Source: Eledone cirrhosa
Taxonomy: Eukaryota
Length of the DNA: 64,000 nucleotides
Assembly (NCBI GenBank): GCA_964016885.1
Contig: OZ024743.1
Span: forward strand, 322,028,001-322,092,000
Reading direction: 5' to 3'
The notes below the pieces were generated by a model, which was not told the DNA's origin, ran no database searches, and worked only from the letters and a program-made list of their open reading frames with translations. How positions within the stretch are numbered: position 1 is the first letter of the stretch; the number at the start of each line of letters is the position of its first letter. Below, one piece after another: positions 41,990 to 57,501 of this stretch. The position numbers and the translations under genes are program-made.

Positions 41990-42071
41990 TAGAATGAGAA
42001 GTAAAAGATGAATAGAAAATAAGATAGTTAGAAGAAGAAGGAATGGAGAAAGCTCGTGTATATTCAGTCAG

Positions 42072-42140
<69 letters not shown>

Positions 42141-42144
<4 letters not shown>

Positions 42145-42345
42145 AAAATGTTTAACCCCGACGGCAGAGCTCAAGCCGTTTCGGCGGGTATTTTTTGATT
42201 TTTGGACGACTCGAAATTTTGGTCCAGAAATACCCGTCGAAACGGCTTGAGCTCTGCCGTCGGGGTTAAACATTTTCCTATTACCCTCTCTACTACCCTA
42301 AGTGAGTTATGGTCCATCTGGTTCCTTACCACACTTCCTTCGTTA
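42141..42345 (+). repeat. Hairpin-plus-tail element, family H (copy 3)
   Basis: Hairpin 42141-42280 with the same tail. Confidence 0.9.
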
Positions 42346-42599
42346 TTTATATATATATAATTTTGAGAATGTGTTGATTGTTTACCGACACCTCAGTATG
42401 TAGACTGGAGCACTCAACGAAGGGCGCAGGTTGGTTTGTTTACAGTGTGTTGTTAGTCATCTAAGGAACTGGAAGCATATTCTTCCAGTTCCTTAGAGGA
42501 CTAACAACACACCTAGGAGCTGGGCATATTAATGGCTTAAGAAGGTAAAATCTATTACAACATCATGTTTTCCTGTTTTTGTTTCTGTTTAAATTCTTA

Positions 42600-42656
42600 C
42601 TGCCTGATGAGGTTATAGCTGTTGAATAATGGCTATCACTGAAATATATATAGCAG
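42600..42656 (+). ncRNA. Hammerhead ribozyme
   Basis: ctgc-CTGATGA-ggttatagctgtt gaat aatggctatcact-GAAA-TATATA-TA-gcag. Confidence 0.82.
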
Positions 42657-42704
42657 CGAATGTGAATAAACGAAGCTAACTTTACCCTGTTGACTTACAC
42701 TTCG

Positions 42705-42776
<72 letters not shown>

Positions 42777-42814
42777 ATGATATTAATAAATGGAAACTAT
42801 ATTTATAAAACCTA

Positions 42815-42876
42815 TTTATCTATTATATATATTTCAAGGGTACCAAAACTTTGGTACGCTATCATCAGATAAAATA
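42815..42876 (-). ncRNA. Hammerhead ribozyme
   Basis: Minus strand: tattttat-CTGATGA-tagcgtaccaaagttttggtaccctt-GAAA-TATATA-TA-atagata. Same family as the 27209 and 62682 motifs. Confidence 0.78.
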
Positions 42877-42958
42877 CAAAGTTTGTTTTATAAATATTGA
42901 CATACCCAGGAACGAGATCTTAACGGTTCAAGTTTTTCCTCAATTAAATATCCCTTTG

Positions 42959-43047
<89 letters not shown>

Positions 43048-43167
43048 ATATATTATATATATATATATATTATATATATATTATATATATTATATATATA
43101 TTATATATATATATATTATATATATATTATATATATATATATTATATATATATATATATTATATATA

Positions 43168-43294
<127 letters not shown>

Positions 43295-43312
43295 ATATAT
43301 TATATATATATA

Positions 43313-43359
<47 letters not shown>

Positions 43360-43362
43360 ACA

Positions 43363-43462
<100 letters not shown>

Positions 43463-43511
43463 AAATAAATAAGTCAAATATTTAAAATTTGGCTTCGTCT
43501 ATTAAAGGTGT

Positions 43512-43566
43512 ACTGCTATATATATTTCGGTGACAGCCATCTTAGACTGTGACCTCTTCAGGCAGT
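43512..43566 (-). ncRNA. Hammerhead ribozyme
   Basis: Minus strand: actgc-CTGAAGA-ggtcacagtctaagatggctgtcacc-GAAA-TATATA-TA-gcagt. Paralog of the 13615 motif. Confidence 0.88.
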
Positions 43567-43660
43567 CCGAATTGGTGTGATAGAGACAGGTACACATGTT
43601 GTTGAGATGTTTAACTCCGTCAATACTCCGATATGTCCAGTTCCTGTTTGGGTTGTTATA

Positions 43661-43745
<85 letters not shown>

Positions 43746-44481
43746 TAAAACGTTTACAGTAACTAGGTGGCTTCACAAATTGAAAAATGTTCAAACTATT
43801 CAAACACTATTTAAGTAAATTATCGTTTCTCGAATATATTATGACACAATTGTATAAAACAAGAGAGTTTGATGAATGGGTGGAAAGGAATTATCGATAA
43901 AATATTAAGTATGTAGGGAGTGGATGATGTGTTTGATATATAAATATCCCCTAGAACCAAGCATAAACTTTAAACATTCTGCTTTATTAATTCAAATGCT
44001 TGTAGTGCCATAACTACCTGAGAGATATTTGAGGAAATTTGTAGTTTTAGATTAAAGACTACTTTTTCCTAACATTCAGTCATGGTGGTGTTTCGTATTC
44101 TTCAAGAATGCCCTAATGTTGTTTCATGCAATATAAGTCTTATGGAGTTAAACACAACCTAAACTCAAGCCACACATGTTGGTACTTTGGATTGACAGTA
44201 TCGGTAGAGGGTTGAACGCCATGCTTTATAGCAAAGAGTTACAGCCTTTATGGTCTGAGTTCAAAACCTGCCGAGTTAAACTTTTCCTTTCATCTTTATG
44301 GTGTCGATGAAATAAAGTACCACTAATACACTGGGGTAATTGTTGGCCTTGTGCCAAAAGTAGAAACAATTTATTTTTACATTTAATACCACTATATCTA
44401 TTATATTAAAATACTAAACTCATTTCATTACCATATGTGTGTGGTGTGTGTGTGTGCGTGTGCGTGTGCGTGTGCGTGTGC

Positions 44482-44525
<44 letters not shown>

Positions 44526-44528
<3 letters not shown>

Positions 44529-44568
44529 TGTTACTCTGGGGTTTCGCTTACAGAGTCATCAGACAACT
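44526..44568 (-). ncRNA. Hammerhead-like motif (weak stem II)
   Basis: Minus strand: agttgt-CTGATGA-ctctgtaagc-GAAA-ccccagag-TA-acaatt. Confidence 0.5.
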
Positions 44569-44656
44569 CTACTTCGGTATTGAGTATTCTTTGCTCTCAG
44601 CCGTCATATATACATATGTATATATATTAATACACATACACATTATATATATACAT

Positions 44657-44753
<97 letters not shown>

Positions 44754-45301
44754 CGTATCGGTATGTATGTATATATATATATATATATATATATACTGTA
44801 TCTATATAGACATATATATGTGTGTGTGTTTGTGTGCGTGTGTGTTTGTGTGCGTGTGTGTGTGTGTATGTACACATATGTGTGTTTGTGTGTGTGTGTA
44901 TGTATATATGTATGAATGTATGTATGTATGCATTATTCATAGTCCGTTTGTCAGATAATTTAATCTACTAACAATAAGAAAACAACAATAATAACATCAT
45001 CACCATCATCAACGACAACAACAACTGGTAATATTCAAAAATGGTAATATTCAGACCATATGTAATGTAGTTAACACTCGAAGAAATGTTTACACGCTTG
45101 ACATATTTTTACCACTGTGGATAAGGACATGTAAAACCCAGTCAATAACTGGCATACTGTTGTTATTGCTACTACTGCTACGACTACCACACACTCATCT
45201 GTATACTGTATATATATGTATATCTATAGATCTTGATATATATGTATTTATTTATCTATCAAATTATATCTCTCTCTATGTATATGTATATATATATATA
45301 C

Positions 45302-45332
<31 letters not shown>

Positions 45333-45390
45333 CAGAGAGAGTGAGAGAGAGAAATAAATACATATATGTATGTATATATACACACAAACA

Positions 45391-45436
<46 letters not shown>

Positions 45437-45537
45437 TATAATATATATATAATGAAAAATTGAACAGGGACAGAACAGAGAGGCAGTACGATAAATGTTT
45501 ATTAAATTCACGCTCAGGAGAGTGGGGGGTAGGTGGA

Positions 45538-45572
45538 GGACGACGTTTCGGGCATAAGCCCTTCTTCAGGTG
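45538..45572 (-). ncRNA. Minimal hammerhead ribozyme (weak stem I)
   Basis: Minus strand: cac-CTGAAGA-agggc ttat gccc-GAAA-CG-TC-gt. Confidence 0.65.
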
Positions 45573-45812
45573 AGAGTTCAAAAGGTGTGTAGGGGAGTGG
45601 TGGAGAGACATATAGCGAAAGGAAACGGTGCGAATGAAAAATTAACAAATAAAGACAAAAATATAATAAATAATAAATAAAAATAAAGCATGATCAAAAT
45701 ACATATATATATTATATATATATACACATACATACATATATATATTATATATATAAATATATATATACACATACATATATATATATACACGTATTTATAT
45801 ATATATACTTAC

Positions 45813-45843
<31 letters not shown>

Positions 45844-45845
<2 letters not shown>

Positions 45846-45957
45846 GGAAAATGTTCAAGACCCCGACGGCAGAGCTCAAGCAGTTTCGACGGCTATTTCT
45901 GGAGTATTCTGGTGCATTATGGTCCATCTGGTTCCTTACCACACTTCCTTCGTTATA
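45844..45957 (+). repeat. Family H element with one arm missing (copy 4)
   Basis: Left arm joined directly to the tail. Confidence 0.8.
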
Positions 45958-45994
45958 TATATATCGGTATGGTGAACTAACTGTTGTGTAACCA

Positions 45995-46060
<66 letters not shown>

Positions 46061-46063
<3 letters not shown>

Positions 46064-46320
46064 AAAAGGGACGAATAAAGAGTGAAGGAAGGTGTTGTGT
46101 GTTTCACCTTAATTTATTTATATTTATATTTTGAGATTAAAATCTCTTCTTCCGAGGAAGAAGAGATTGTTATCTCGGAATATCAGAACATAAATAAATT
46201 CAGGTAAAACACACATCTTGTTTCACTCTTTATTCGTCCATTTCACATTGTCGTGGCTTTCAAACTTCAAATTTTACATACCATATACAATGCGTCAAGT
46301 GAACTACAAATTCCTCCTAT
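46061..46320 (+). repeat. Diverged inverted repeat plus tail
   Basis: gacgaataaagagtgaa / ttcactctttattcgtc. Centre aatctcttcttcc ga ggaagaagagatt. Confidence 0.8.
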
Positions 46321-46379
46321 ATATATATATATATATCATAAGAAACGGAGAATCAGTGGTGCGAGGAATAATATTTATT

Positions 46380-46476
46380 AGACATATTACAATTGTTTCT
46401 CTGGCGACCAGCTCGAGGCACGATCGATGCAATGGTCGAACCTGACTCTGAAATCGCAAGATCCTCAGATACGTCT
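46380..46476 (-). ncRNA. Hammerhead ribozyme with extended stem II
   Basis: Minus strand: agacgtat-CTGAGGA-tcttgcgatt...(~60 nt in total)...ggtcgccaga-GAAA-CAATTG-TA-atatgtct. Confidence 0.75.
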
Positions 46477-46502
46477 CGATTCTACGAAGCAGAGTTTCCA
46501 AT

Positions 46503-46656
<154 letters not shown>

Positions 46657-48320
46657 ATCGCTGGGAGGATCATGCTAACAATAAAATCATGCACTAATTG
46701 AATTTCACTTCAGTGTTTCTATTATTTGTCAGGTAGCTGATCATTTCTTCGAAAGGTCTCCTGTGTGGACAAGTAGATTGATTTCAACAACTGCAAGATT
46801 GCTACGAGAGTAGGGACTATATATATATATATGTTTTCAATTGTGGCGTCTGATGATGGTGACGATTTCGTTTTGGCAAAAATAACTAACCTCAACAGTG
46901 TGTACATTAAAAAGTTTATGGTATTTATGTTGGTAGGGAGTGGTTACTTACAAGTGATAGTAAATTCCTAGCTAGGTTTGCGGAGAGTTAAACTAGAATA
47001 TTTTCCTCGCGCTAACAGTTCCCTAAAAGCTACTCCTTGCTCTAACGCTACTTTATAAAGTCCAACCATAGATTGAAGACTCTCATACTAGCTACTGCTT
47101 TTTTTAAATTTTACCTAGGATTGGGTGATTAGAATGTTTGTGTATGCATATACATTATGAGAATGTTTTGATAAAATTTACACACTCTACTTTATGTATT
47201 GAGCACTTTTCTCTATTTGAAAGCAGAAACATTCACCTATCCAAAATGTAGGATAATTTAGTCTTCATAACGTTCCCTATTATTTATAATCTGGAGAACA
47301 ATATCGAAATATCAAGGTTATCAATTATCAAGAATTTAGCCACCATCTCAGAAACAATAATCGCTTTAACTTAAATCAATGTCTTCCAGAATGTCAAAGA
47401 ATTATCCTTGGTGCAGCATTAACGTCAAAATATGTTGCAGCCTTGTAAAGTATATGCTTATAACATGATAACCGAAACTACGATCTTTATTGATGGCTCG
47501 AAAACCGAGAGATAAAGAAAACAGTACAAAAAGTAGAAGAATCATATAAAACAAAACCAACTCAGATTATAATCAGATTTCTACATAGTCGTCAAAGAAG
47601 CTTAGCAAAATCTGTTAATTAGTCACACCTTCTCGTATATAATATATTCTACATATACTCAGTTATTCTCTCATTGCTATTTTGGCAAGTAAGGTAAAGT
47701 CTCTAATTCGTTCAGGTTGTTTTAATAAAACCAAAACATGTCCGGAGTTATCTTCCGTATTTGCCGGAATAATTAAAAAATGGTCATTGTACTTATGTTA
47801 TGTTTTCTTCACTATTTAAGCAATCTTTTAGATTTATTTTTCAATTTTAAATAAATTAACTATAATTTAGTAAAATAACATAGAATTAAAGAAGGATAAA
47901 ATCAGCTCGGAATTGGATCGATAAAATAAAGTACATTGGGGTCGATTTAATCAACTTTCCCATCCCCAAAATTGCTGGCCTTGTGCCTAAAATAGAAACA
48001 ATTATTATTATTATTATTTCTCTTTTGCTCTGTGAAGACAATACAGATATGTTAATAGCAGGCGAGAATAACAAGCAGCATTGTTTCAAGATTTGTTAAT
48101 CTCTCATCATTGTGAAAATAGACAACTACTGACAACCTGTAACTTGTTCGCAAAGCAAAAGAGGGTAAAATATTTTTTTGGTAACGAAAAAAATGTTTTT
48201 TTCTTGATACCGAGGCTCCCGTATTATATACAATCTTATAGTATATGTTTTCATATCTATCACTATTACACTTAATGCTGCCTTGGTGATACAGCCAACA
48301 TACATACATACATACATACA

Positions 48321-48651
48321 TGGTGGCTGCCAACTCGTTTTCGAGTACGGCCACTACTTTATATCCATGTAGGAGAACTCCTACCGATGCGCTGAACGAG
48401 TGTGACTTTTTAGTCCAGCCAGCGACTTGAAAACTCTGGTACAAACACTAAACTTGTGACAATTATTGATACATAGTGCTGGGCCCTTGGTACCATGTGA
48501 CGACAAGTGCAGAGAGATCTCCAGATATAAAGCAATGCCTGTGCCGTGAAGCTTTTATAGTGAGCAAAGGCACTGCACAAAGCCAGTCTCATTCTCTTAA
48601 CCAAGATGATATTTACCAAAAAGAAGAACAAGTCAACATCATTGGATACCA
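48321..48651 (+). mobile_element. Recurrent ~330-bp unclassified element (copies also at 24593-24873 and 63699-64000)
   Basis: All three copies start tggtggctgccaactcg directly after a microsatellite, and two end at cattggatacca. Confidence 0.8.
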
Positions 48652-48682
<31 letters not shown>

Positions 48683-48727
48683 CATACATACATACATACA
48701 TACATACATACATACATACATACATAA

Positions 48728-49220
48728 TACAAAAAAGGAGAATAGTTATGCAGAACTAATGAGAAATCTGCACATACTCGACCCTGACTATACCTTCAGA
48801 TTTATGCCCGTGATTATTGGGGCACTGGGATATGTGAGTAACTGTCTCAACACAAATCTTGAGAAGCTGGGCTTCACAGGAACAGAAAGAACACAACTAG
48901 TTAGGAAATTACAAGTACAATCCATTAATGGAACAGTAAAAATATGTAAAACATTCCAAAAATTCTGCATCTAATAACTGCATATACACATGTACAGATA
49001 CAAAGCATATTCACATGCACACATACAACTCAAAACATACACATCCACACATACAATAACATCCGTACCTGCACACACATGCATGCATGCAGACATGCAG
49101 ACATATCTAACTAGTTGATGTTGAGTAAATTCCAATGACAGAGTCTTGTAACTATGTTAGAAACCGTCTCTCTCTCTCTATTGGTAAAAGTTTGTGAAAT
49201 TATAAAACCAGAAGAACATA
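48728..49220 (+). mobile_element. 3' fragment of an RLE-type non-LTR retrotransposon (R4/Dong-like) in (TACA)n
   Basis: KKENSYAELMRNL...FMPVIIGALGYV...LEKLGF matches the K..KY..L...P..IGALG C-terminus of restriction-like endonuclease domains. A 3' UTR follows. Confidence 0.7.
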
Positions 49221-49384
49221 CATATATAAATATATACATACATACATATATGTTTGATATCCCTGCATTTCATTGAAATACTGGTATGTCGTTTAGCTAG
49301 CTGAACTTATCTCGGGATAAAGAATGCCAAAGACAGTCGCTTATTATAAGAGATGCCCACATATATATGACCTTACCCCGCTTC

Positions 49385-49441
<57 letters not shown>

Positions 49442-49544
49442 CACGCGCACGCATGCACTTACACACACGCGCGCACGCACGCACGCACACGCACACACAC
49501 ATGTATATATATATATATATATAGTAATAATAATAATAATATAT

Positions 49545-49588
<44 letters not shown>

Positions 49589-49746
49589 ATACTTTGGGAG
49601 GGTCATGTTGCCAATAAGAAACACACGCACCAGTTGCTTTCACTTCAATTTATTATATATTTATAAATTTATAAATTTACAAATCTACAAACTTATAAAT
49701 TTCTGGTTGGTTGGTTGGTTCCACAACCAGATAGTTGTTTATATAT

Positions 49747-49791
49747 AGTCATAGTCCTTTCGTCACACACTCTGTGACCTCTTCAGTGACT
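49747..49791 (-). ncRNA. Hammerhead ribozyme in a PLE 3' UTR
   Basis: Minus strand: agtca-CTGAAGA-ggtcacagagtgtgtgac-GAAA-ggac-TA-tgact. Paralog of the 24231 motif. Confidence 0.9.
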
Positions 49792-50066
49792 GGGGATTCC
49801 TTTCTTTGTTTCTGTGCCTTTCCTTTCTTCTATCCTACGCCATTTTGTTTCTGTGTGTGTGTTGTGTGCTCAGTTTGCGCATGCGCCACATCCGGGCGTC
49901 TGTGTGTGTTTGTGTTCATTTATCTATTTGTTTATTTATTTATTTATTTATTGTTGGTTGGTTGTTTGTTCTATGTGTGTGTGTGTTTTCATTTTGTCCT
50001 GTGTGTGTTTTCATTTTGTCTTTAATTGTAAGTTGTTTGTTCTGTGTGTGTGTTTTCATTTTGTCC

Positions 50067-50445
50067 TTAATTGTAAGTTGTGATGTTGCTGTTCCACTCA
50101 TATTTTCTATTTAATTTTGGTTGTAATTCTTTTATGCTTACTGCCTCTGTAATTTGCCTAAACATTGCATCTTTCCTGTGTGTGGATTCTATTTTTATTT
50201 CTATGTTCTCTAATCTACCCCTGTGTTCTATCTTAGCATGTTGGTAGAGCACAGATGATTCTTTATTATCTTGAAGGTCTCGCCAGTGTTCATTTATTCG
50301 TTCCCCTATACTACGAGCTGTCTCACCTATGTACACTATATTTTTGTTTCTACATTGTCCTTCAGTACATCTTATGCTATACACTACATTTCTAGTTTTA
50401 CAGTTAATATGGGGGCTTATTTTACAGGTTATACATTTCTTATCT
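50067..50445 (-). pseudogene. GIY-YIG endonuclease domain fragment of a PLE
   Basis: CITC...INCKTRNVVYSIRC...YIGETARSIGERINEH...HAKIEH...TEAVSIKELQPKLN. The rest of track ORF 50067-50561 is read-through into the inverted arm. Confidence 0.9.
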
Positions 50446-50572
50446 ATAAATTGAAGTGAAAGCAACTGGTGCGTGTGTTTCTTATTGGCAACATGACCCT
50501 CCCAAAGTATAACAATATCGGTTTCAACACACGATTTCAGATAAAGAATATTGCTAAACAAATTCAGAAACG

Positions 50573-50630
<58 letters not shown>

Positions 50631-50635
<5 letters not shown>

Positions 50636-50926
50636 GAAATGACAGGAGGCTGGATTTGTGTAAATCCTTGAAAGGTTTATTATACTATGATCATTTCAAT
50701 GACCGGGTTCCGGATTCATACGGAACCCGGTCATTGAAATGATCATAGTATAATAAACCTTTCAAGGATTTACACAAATCCAGCCTCCTGTCATTTCATT
50801 ATAATATTTAACTCCGTAATAGCACCACCAACTACAAAAACAAAGACGGTTGAACTGCCTTACGTTGAGTACTCTCTATATTATTGCATTACGATTGACC
50901 ATACGGAAAGTGGTGAACCTCAAACC

Positions 50927-50930
<4 letters not shown>
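50631..50930 (+). repeat. Perfect inverted repeat (82-bp arms, 8-nt loop) plus tail
   Basis: ataatgaaatgacaggaggc...gggttccg gattcata cggaaccc...catttcattat. The right arm holds gaaa-tgatca-ta. Confidence 0.92.
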
Positions 50931-50999
<69 letters not shown>

Positions 51000-51959
51000 C
51001 AATAATAATGAGGTCAAAACTCAGGTAGTCTTTTACAATGAAATAGCTCAAAGATGTATATATATATATATATATATGCAACTATCGTGTTTTACAGAGC
51101 TATACATCAGTGACTTCGGGCACAAAATGACTGAGTCCAACACTGTGCCTAAAAAGTGTAGTAATACTAGATGTCGAGTGGAAGTCTGCCAGCGTGTCTC
51201 TTGGCAAAAATGTTGACCAAATAACTGATGTTTGCTGCCATAAACGAAGAAAACAATATTTCTTTTAAAATGCATATTGTGTAATTTGTGATGTGTGTCT
51301 TCGATTGATAAAAACATGCTTTTTACTAGAAACTTGATGTTGCATTTTTATCTGTTTAAAAATTCGGACAAATCAAACAACCTTCTCTCTACTAAAGCTC
51401 GTTCATGCGTCCATGACTCTGCTGTATTTGAGTGCAAGTGTACAATTGAAAACATACGGCATAGGAATGAAGGAGATCTGTATTATAAATTACGAGTATC
51501 TGTAGTCATCGTCATAAAGATGTGTAGTTCTAGTAGAAATATGTAGAACTTATTACTGAAACTGTCTTTTTCTCTCATTGGTCGCTATCATCTATTGTTT
51601 TACCTGGGGACGGCGTCTCTTCCTTGTGTGTGTGTGTGTCTGTGTGTGTGTGTGTGTGTGTAATGTGTGGGAGGGATGTAATGTGTTTGTGTGTGAGGAA
51701 GTAGTTGCAATGTGTCCGTGTAATGTGTGCGTGTATTGTGTGGGGTGCAGGTGTAATGTGTGGAGGGGAGAGTGTAATGTTCTTGTATGTGTGTGTGTGT
51801 AATGTTTGAGTAATGTTTGTGTGTGTGTCTGTGTGTTTTTAACGAAATTCTCCGGTTATATAAGCGTAACACAATGTGACAAGATTAGATCTTTGAATAA
51901 CAAGAACCATATAATATGTACGAGGCAGAGATTACACACACACACACACACACACATTT

Positions 51960-53637
<1,678 letters not shown>

Positions 53638-54189
53638 GAGTTCTTAACACGCAGGATTAAAATTGATTTAAAAAAAAATAATTAACCCACGTGTATATTA
53701 TTTTACTTTCTTGTGTTTCGCGATTGCCTCCCTTTTCCGCTTCGTGACGCTGTGAAATTCCTCAGTCTAAAGACTGCTGTAATTTCAAATTTGGCGGTCA
53801 TTATGATGCGTGAAGGGACGACTTAGCTGACACGAAAAATAACTGCGGTAAGAAATGTTTTCTCATATCAAAGTTTGATGGGCATCCACTGATGATTTAT
53901 ATGTTCCCACCTACACGTGTTCTTACAGAAAAATATGTAGGCTTCTACATAAACCGGAAACATTCTCCCAACTTGTAGAAAACTTATAATGAAACAATTG
54001 TTTGGAAAGAGAGGTATATTTTAATTTTAATTATATCTCATATAAAATAATACAACTGGCTTTCCACAAAATACATATAGTTAGCACCCCAAACACAAAA
54101 TTGGGATTATACTAACGTATATCCTAAAGTTTGTTGAGTGAGATGGTAGCCAGTCAGAGTTTAGCTTAAAGCTTTCTCTGTTATTGTAT

Positions 54190-54268
<79 letters not shown>

Positions 54269-54286
54269 GTGTGTGTGTGTGTGCGT

Positions 54287-54950
54287 GTGTTAAATGCAAA
54301 AACACCGACAAAACCATAACAGTTAGGATAGAAACTAAGGAAAGAAACCTCGGCAATCTTAGAATTAAGGAAGCACTAATTATAGATAAAACACAACCAC
54401 CAATCAATAACTCAACACCCAATTTATAACTTGATAGAGCCTCTAGCCCCATATTTACACCCACACGCTCACACACACACACACACACACGCTTACACCT
54501 CCACTTATACTCTCTCACACACACACATACACACACAAAGACCAGTTCTAACACGAGATAACATCTATCCCCCACATTTACATATAGACATATCTTCTCA
54601 CACTCACACACACACCCACACACATACTTACACCTTCACGTATTCTCCCACACACTTAAACAGGCATGTACAATAAAAACCCTTTTAAAGGGAGACTACT
54701 CTTTATCCACCTAACCTTAACTCTTTGACATTAGAGATAGAACAGATACTCTATTCCATTTCCTGTCAGCATGACTTGGCAAGCTATTTAGAACGCTGGT
54801 TTAACCGCTTTACTTCCCTCCGAAGAAGAGATATTATCTCGAAAATTAAGGACATTTAAATAAATCTAAGGTAAAAGACTAATTGTCAACAATATCTTTT
54901 GCATTTGCATTCTTTATTCTATGTCCATACCTGCATTTTTTTGGCTTTAT
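54287..54950 (+). mobile_element. PLE 3' fragment (GIY-YIG C-terminus + 3' UTR)
   Basis: Reads [43 protein letters not shown], with a hammerhead-like motif at 54816. Confidence 0.7.
54816..54852 (+). ncRNA. Hammerhead-like motif, core CCGAAGA
   Basis: cct-CCGAAGA-agagatattatctc-GAAA-AT-TA-agg, downstream of a GIY-YIG C-terminal fragment. Confidence 0.5.
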
Positions 54951-55119
54951 TATACATATACAAACATATATATATACATACATACATATATATATAATAA
55001 ATATTTGAGGATAGCTATGCTGCCATTATTTCCAATAGAAAGAAACACGTGCACCATATAATTTTCACTTTATCTTTATTGTTTCTTATTCATAAACGTG
55101 TATATATATAGAGAGGGGC

Positions 55120-55404
55120 GGACATCGGATCACGAACAACTTTTCCGAACGTCTCGGTTTACGAATGGTGTCTCAAGTAACGAACACGCAAGCCGGCAAC
55201 AACAATTGGCGAGTAGCTGGGAGTAACGGGTGAAAGCGTCACTTGCTGTGTAGTCAGTTGCTATGGTGATATCTATCTGTATTTCACACACAGTCTCTCT
55301 CTCTCTCAATATTTCATATGGTCAAATGGTTTCGGATTACGAACAATTTGGATGACGAACTGTCTTCAGGAACGAATTAAATTCGTGAACCGAGGTTCCC
55401 ACTA
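55120..55404. mobile_element. Tigger/pogo-like MITE remnant
   Basis: cggatcacgaa at the left, ttcgtgaaccgaggttcccacta at the right, and repeated cgg-ttacgaac subterminal motifs. Confidence 0.55.
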
Positions 55405-56036
55405 TATTTTTAAGGCCCCCATCAGTCACTATTGACCATGGTATTGCACCTAGACAGTTTCCATTCGAGGCACAAGCCTGGGCAATATTTGTTTCTGGAA
55501 AGCCAACAGTTTCCTATGTACACCGGCCTCCCAACTCACGCCACAGATGTTATCCAAGGGAAAGGCAATGGTCGATACAGCTTGGCACCAATGACGTCAC
55601 AACTCATTTCTACAGCTGAGTAAACTGAAGCAACGTGAAATAAAGTGTTTTACTCAGACACCACGCATCACCCGGTCCGAGAATCGAGCTCACAACCTCT
55701 CTATTGCAAACCCAGTGCTCTAGCTACTAACCCATGCGCCTTCACATCTTCCACTATATATACTATCGTTAAATGTACATGTGTCAGAGAAATATCTAAC
55801 TGTTTATAGGCTAATTTCATGAGGAGGAGCTCAGTTGATAGAACAACTATGTGCTCATCGCCGATACCATTTGCAACTTCTTTTCGTAATGGCCCATTTT
55901 AGACAGTTTTTTTTTATTTTCCCGATGGTCCTCATGTCTATTTTATCTTACATTTAAATTTTTGAAAAAGTTCAAAATCCAAAGATAATAACTCAATGGC
56001 CCGTCAATTGAATTGCAAGAGGCGTAGATATTTAAT

Positions 56037-56253
56037 TGCTTCTAATATAGGCACAAGGCCAGCAATTTGAAGGAGGGGGATTCGATTAAATTGACCCTAG
56101 TGTATTATTGGTGCTTTATTTTATCTACCCCGTAAGGATAAAAGGCACAGCTAACTTCGTCGGGATTTGAACTCAGAACAAAAAGGGTCATAATTCTATG
56201 CTGCGAAACATGTTGTCCGACGCTGTATCGATTCTCACAATCCACCGCCCTTA
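56037..56253 (-). mobile_element. SINE S1 with 14-bp TSD
   Basis: TSD cgtagatatttaat at 56023 and 56254. Confidence 0.88.
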
Positions 56254-57126
56254 CGTAGATATTTAATAAAATAACTAACGTTTTCATTAGTAAATTGATG
56301 TTTAGAATATTACTTTAAACTTTCCTAAGTATCATAGAATCATGATGGAAGGTTCTTCTGTCATAAACATGAACATTTTAATATGAAAAGTTTTGTAATG
56401 AGAGACGGTTTCAGGTAGATAGGTGTCAAAAGGTTTAAGAGTCTACGGTATTGTTTGAGGGAGGGGGGAGATGATGGCTACTATTTCTAGTGTCTTATGT
56501 GACCACATAGTATACTCGGCTCATTGATTCGGACAGGGATGGTGGTTTAATATGATGGCGGTGGCTTAAATTGGAGGGTAACAACATGTTTTATAGTTGT
56601 TATTGTTCGTGGTGGGGTAGTGATGGTAGTGGTGGTGATGGTGGTGGTGTTGTTACCACCACCATGCTACCCAGCACTATTATCTGCCACTGGTACCATC
56701 ACCACTATCACAACCACTACTAGCACCACCACTCCACCACCAACATTGTATGGTCCCGAAACTCCTTCCTGGAAGACTCGTAGGGACGCCATATTGACAT
56801 ACGGCGTTTCTAGGGTATTTTTTAGACCTGGCGGAACTTATCTCCTCTCCAGGTCTGAATACAGTAGATTTCTTCCAGAGAAGCATAGAGAGGGTGAGAG
56901 AATGTAAGGGAAAAGAGATAGAAAAAGAATCGACCCCCAGTACTTGACTGGTACTTTTTAGTATGGATGAAAGGAAAATTTGACCTCAGTAGGATTTGAA
57001 CTGAGAGAGTAGAGAGCTGAAACGAGTACTGCAAATTATTCTATCCGAATTATTCACCGCCTCTAACATTAGTATTAAAAACTAAAATGTATAAAATAAT
57101 ACAATAAAATACAATAGGTTTTTACT

Positions 57127-57501
57127 TACTCTCGGGTTTCGAGTAATCACCCCCAACCCCCACCCCCATCCAGCTAATTAATGTTTAAGATGTTTCCACC
57201 ACGCCCCGCTCTTATTCCAACCCCCCAATCCCCTCCATGCTTATTAAATCATGCTTATCTATCTCCGGCAAAATTTTATTTTTAATGGTAGCATTCCTGC
57301 AACAATTAATTTTCGATATATATTACAAAAAAATTACGTTACTAGAAATCCCCTACGTTTAGGGTGGGATGGTGTCTCAATATATAAACTAAACGACTAA
57401 TTGTGGTTTTTAAAAAAATCAACGGAGACAACCTAGAAAAATTACCGATTTTCCACACACCGCTTATTCCAGCCAGCCTTATTATTTGATACCCGAGAGT
57501 A
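57127..57501. mobile_element. TA-flanked MITE (Tc1/mariner superfamily-like)
   Basis: TIR tactctcgggt / acccgagagta. Confidence 0.65.

Larger units (their letters stand above)
49583..50576 (-). mobile_element. 5'-truncated Penelope-like element (family P2) with inverted terminal segment
   Basis: Minus-strand GIY-YIG + 3' UTR + hammerhead. 50446-50576 is an opposite-orientation copy of the 3' terminus. (TA)n flanks. Confidence 0.9.

Noticed and set aside
46845-46900. CTGATGA motif as a hammerhead
   Set aside because: The expected GAAA reads caaaaa and stems I and III do not pair. At most it is a relic.
47290-47448. ~50-codon open frame GEQYRNIKVINYQEF...
   Set aside because: No convincing splice sites, start codon or recognisable motif.
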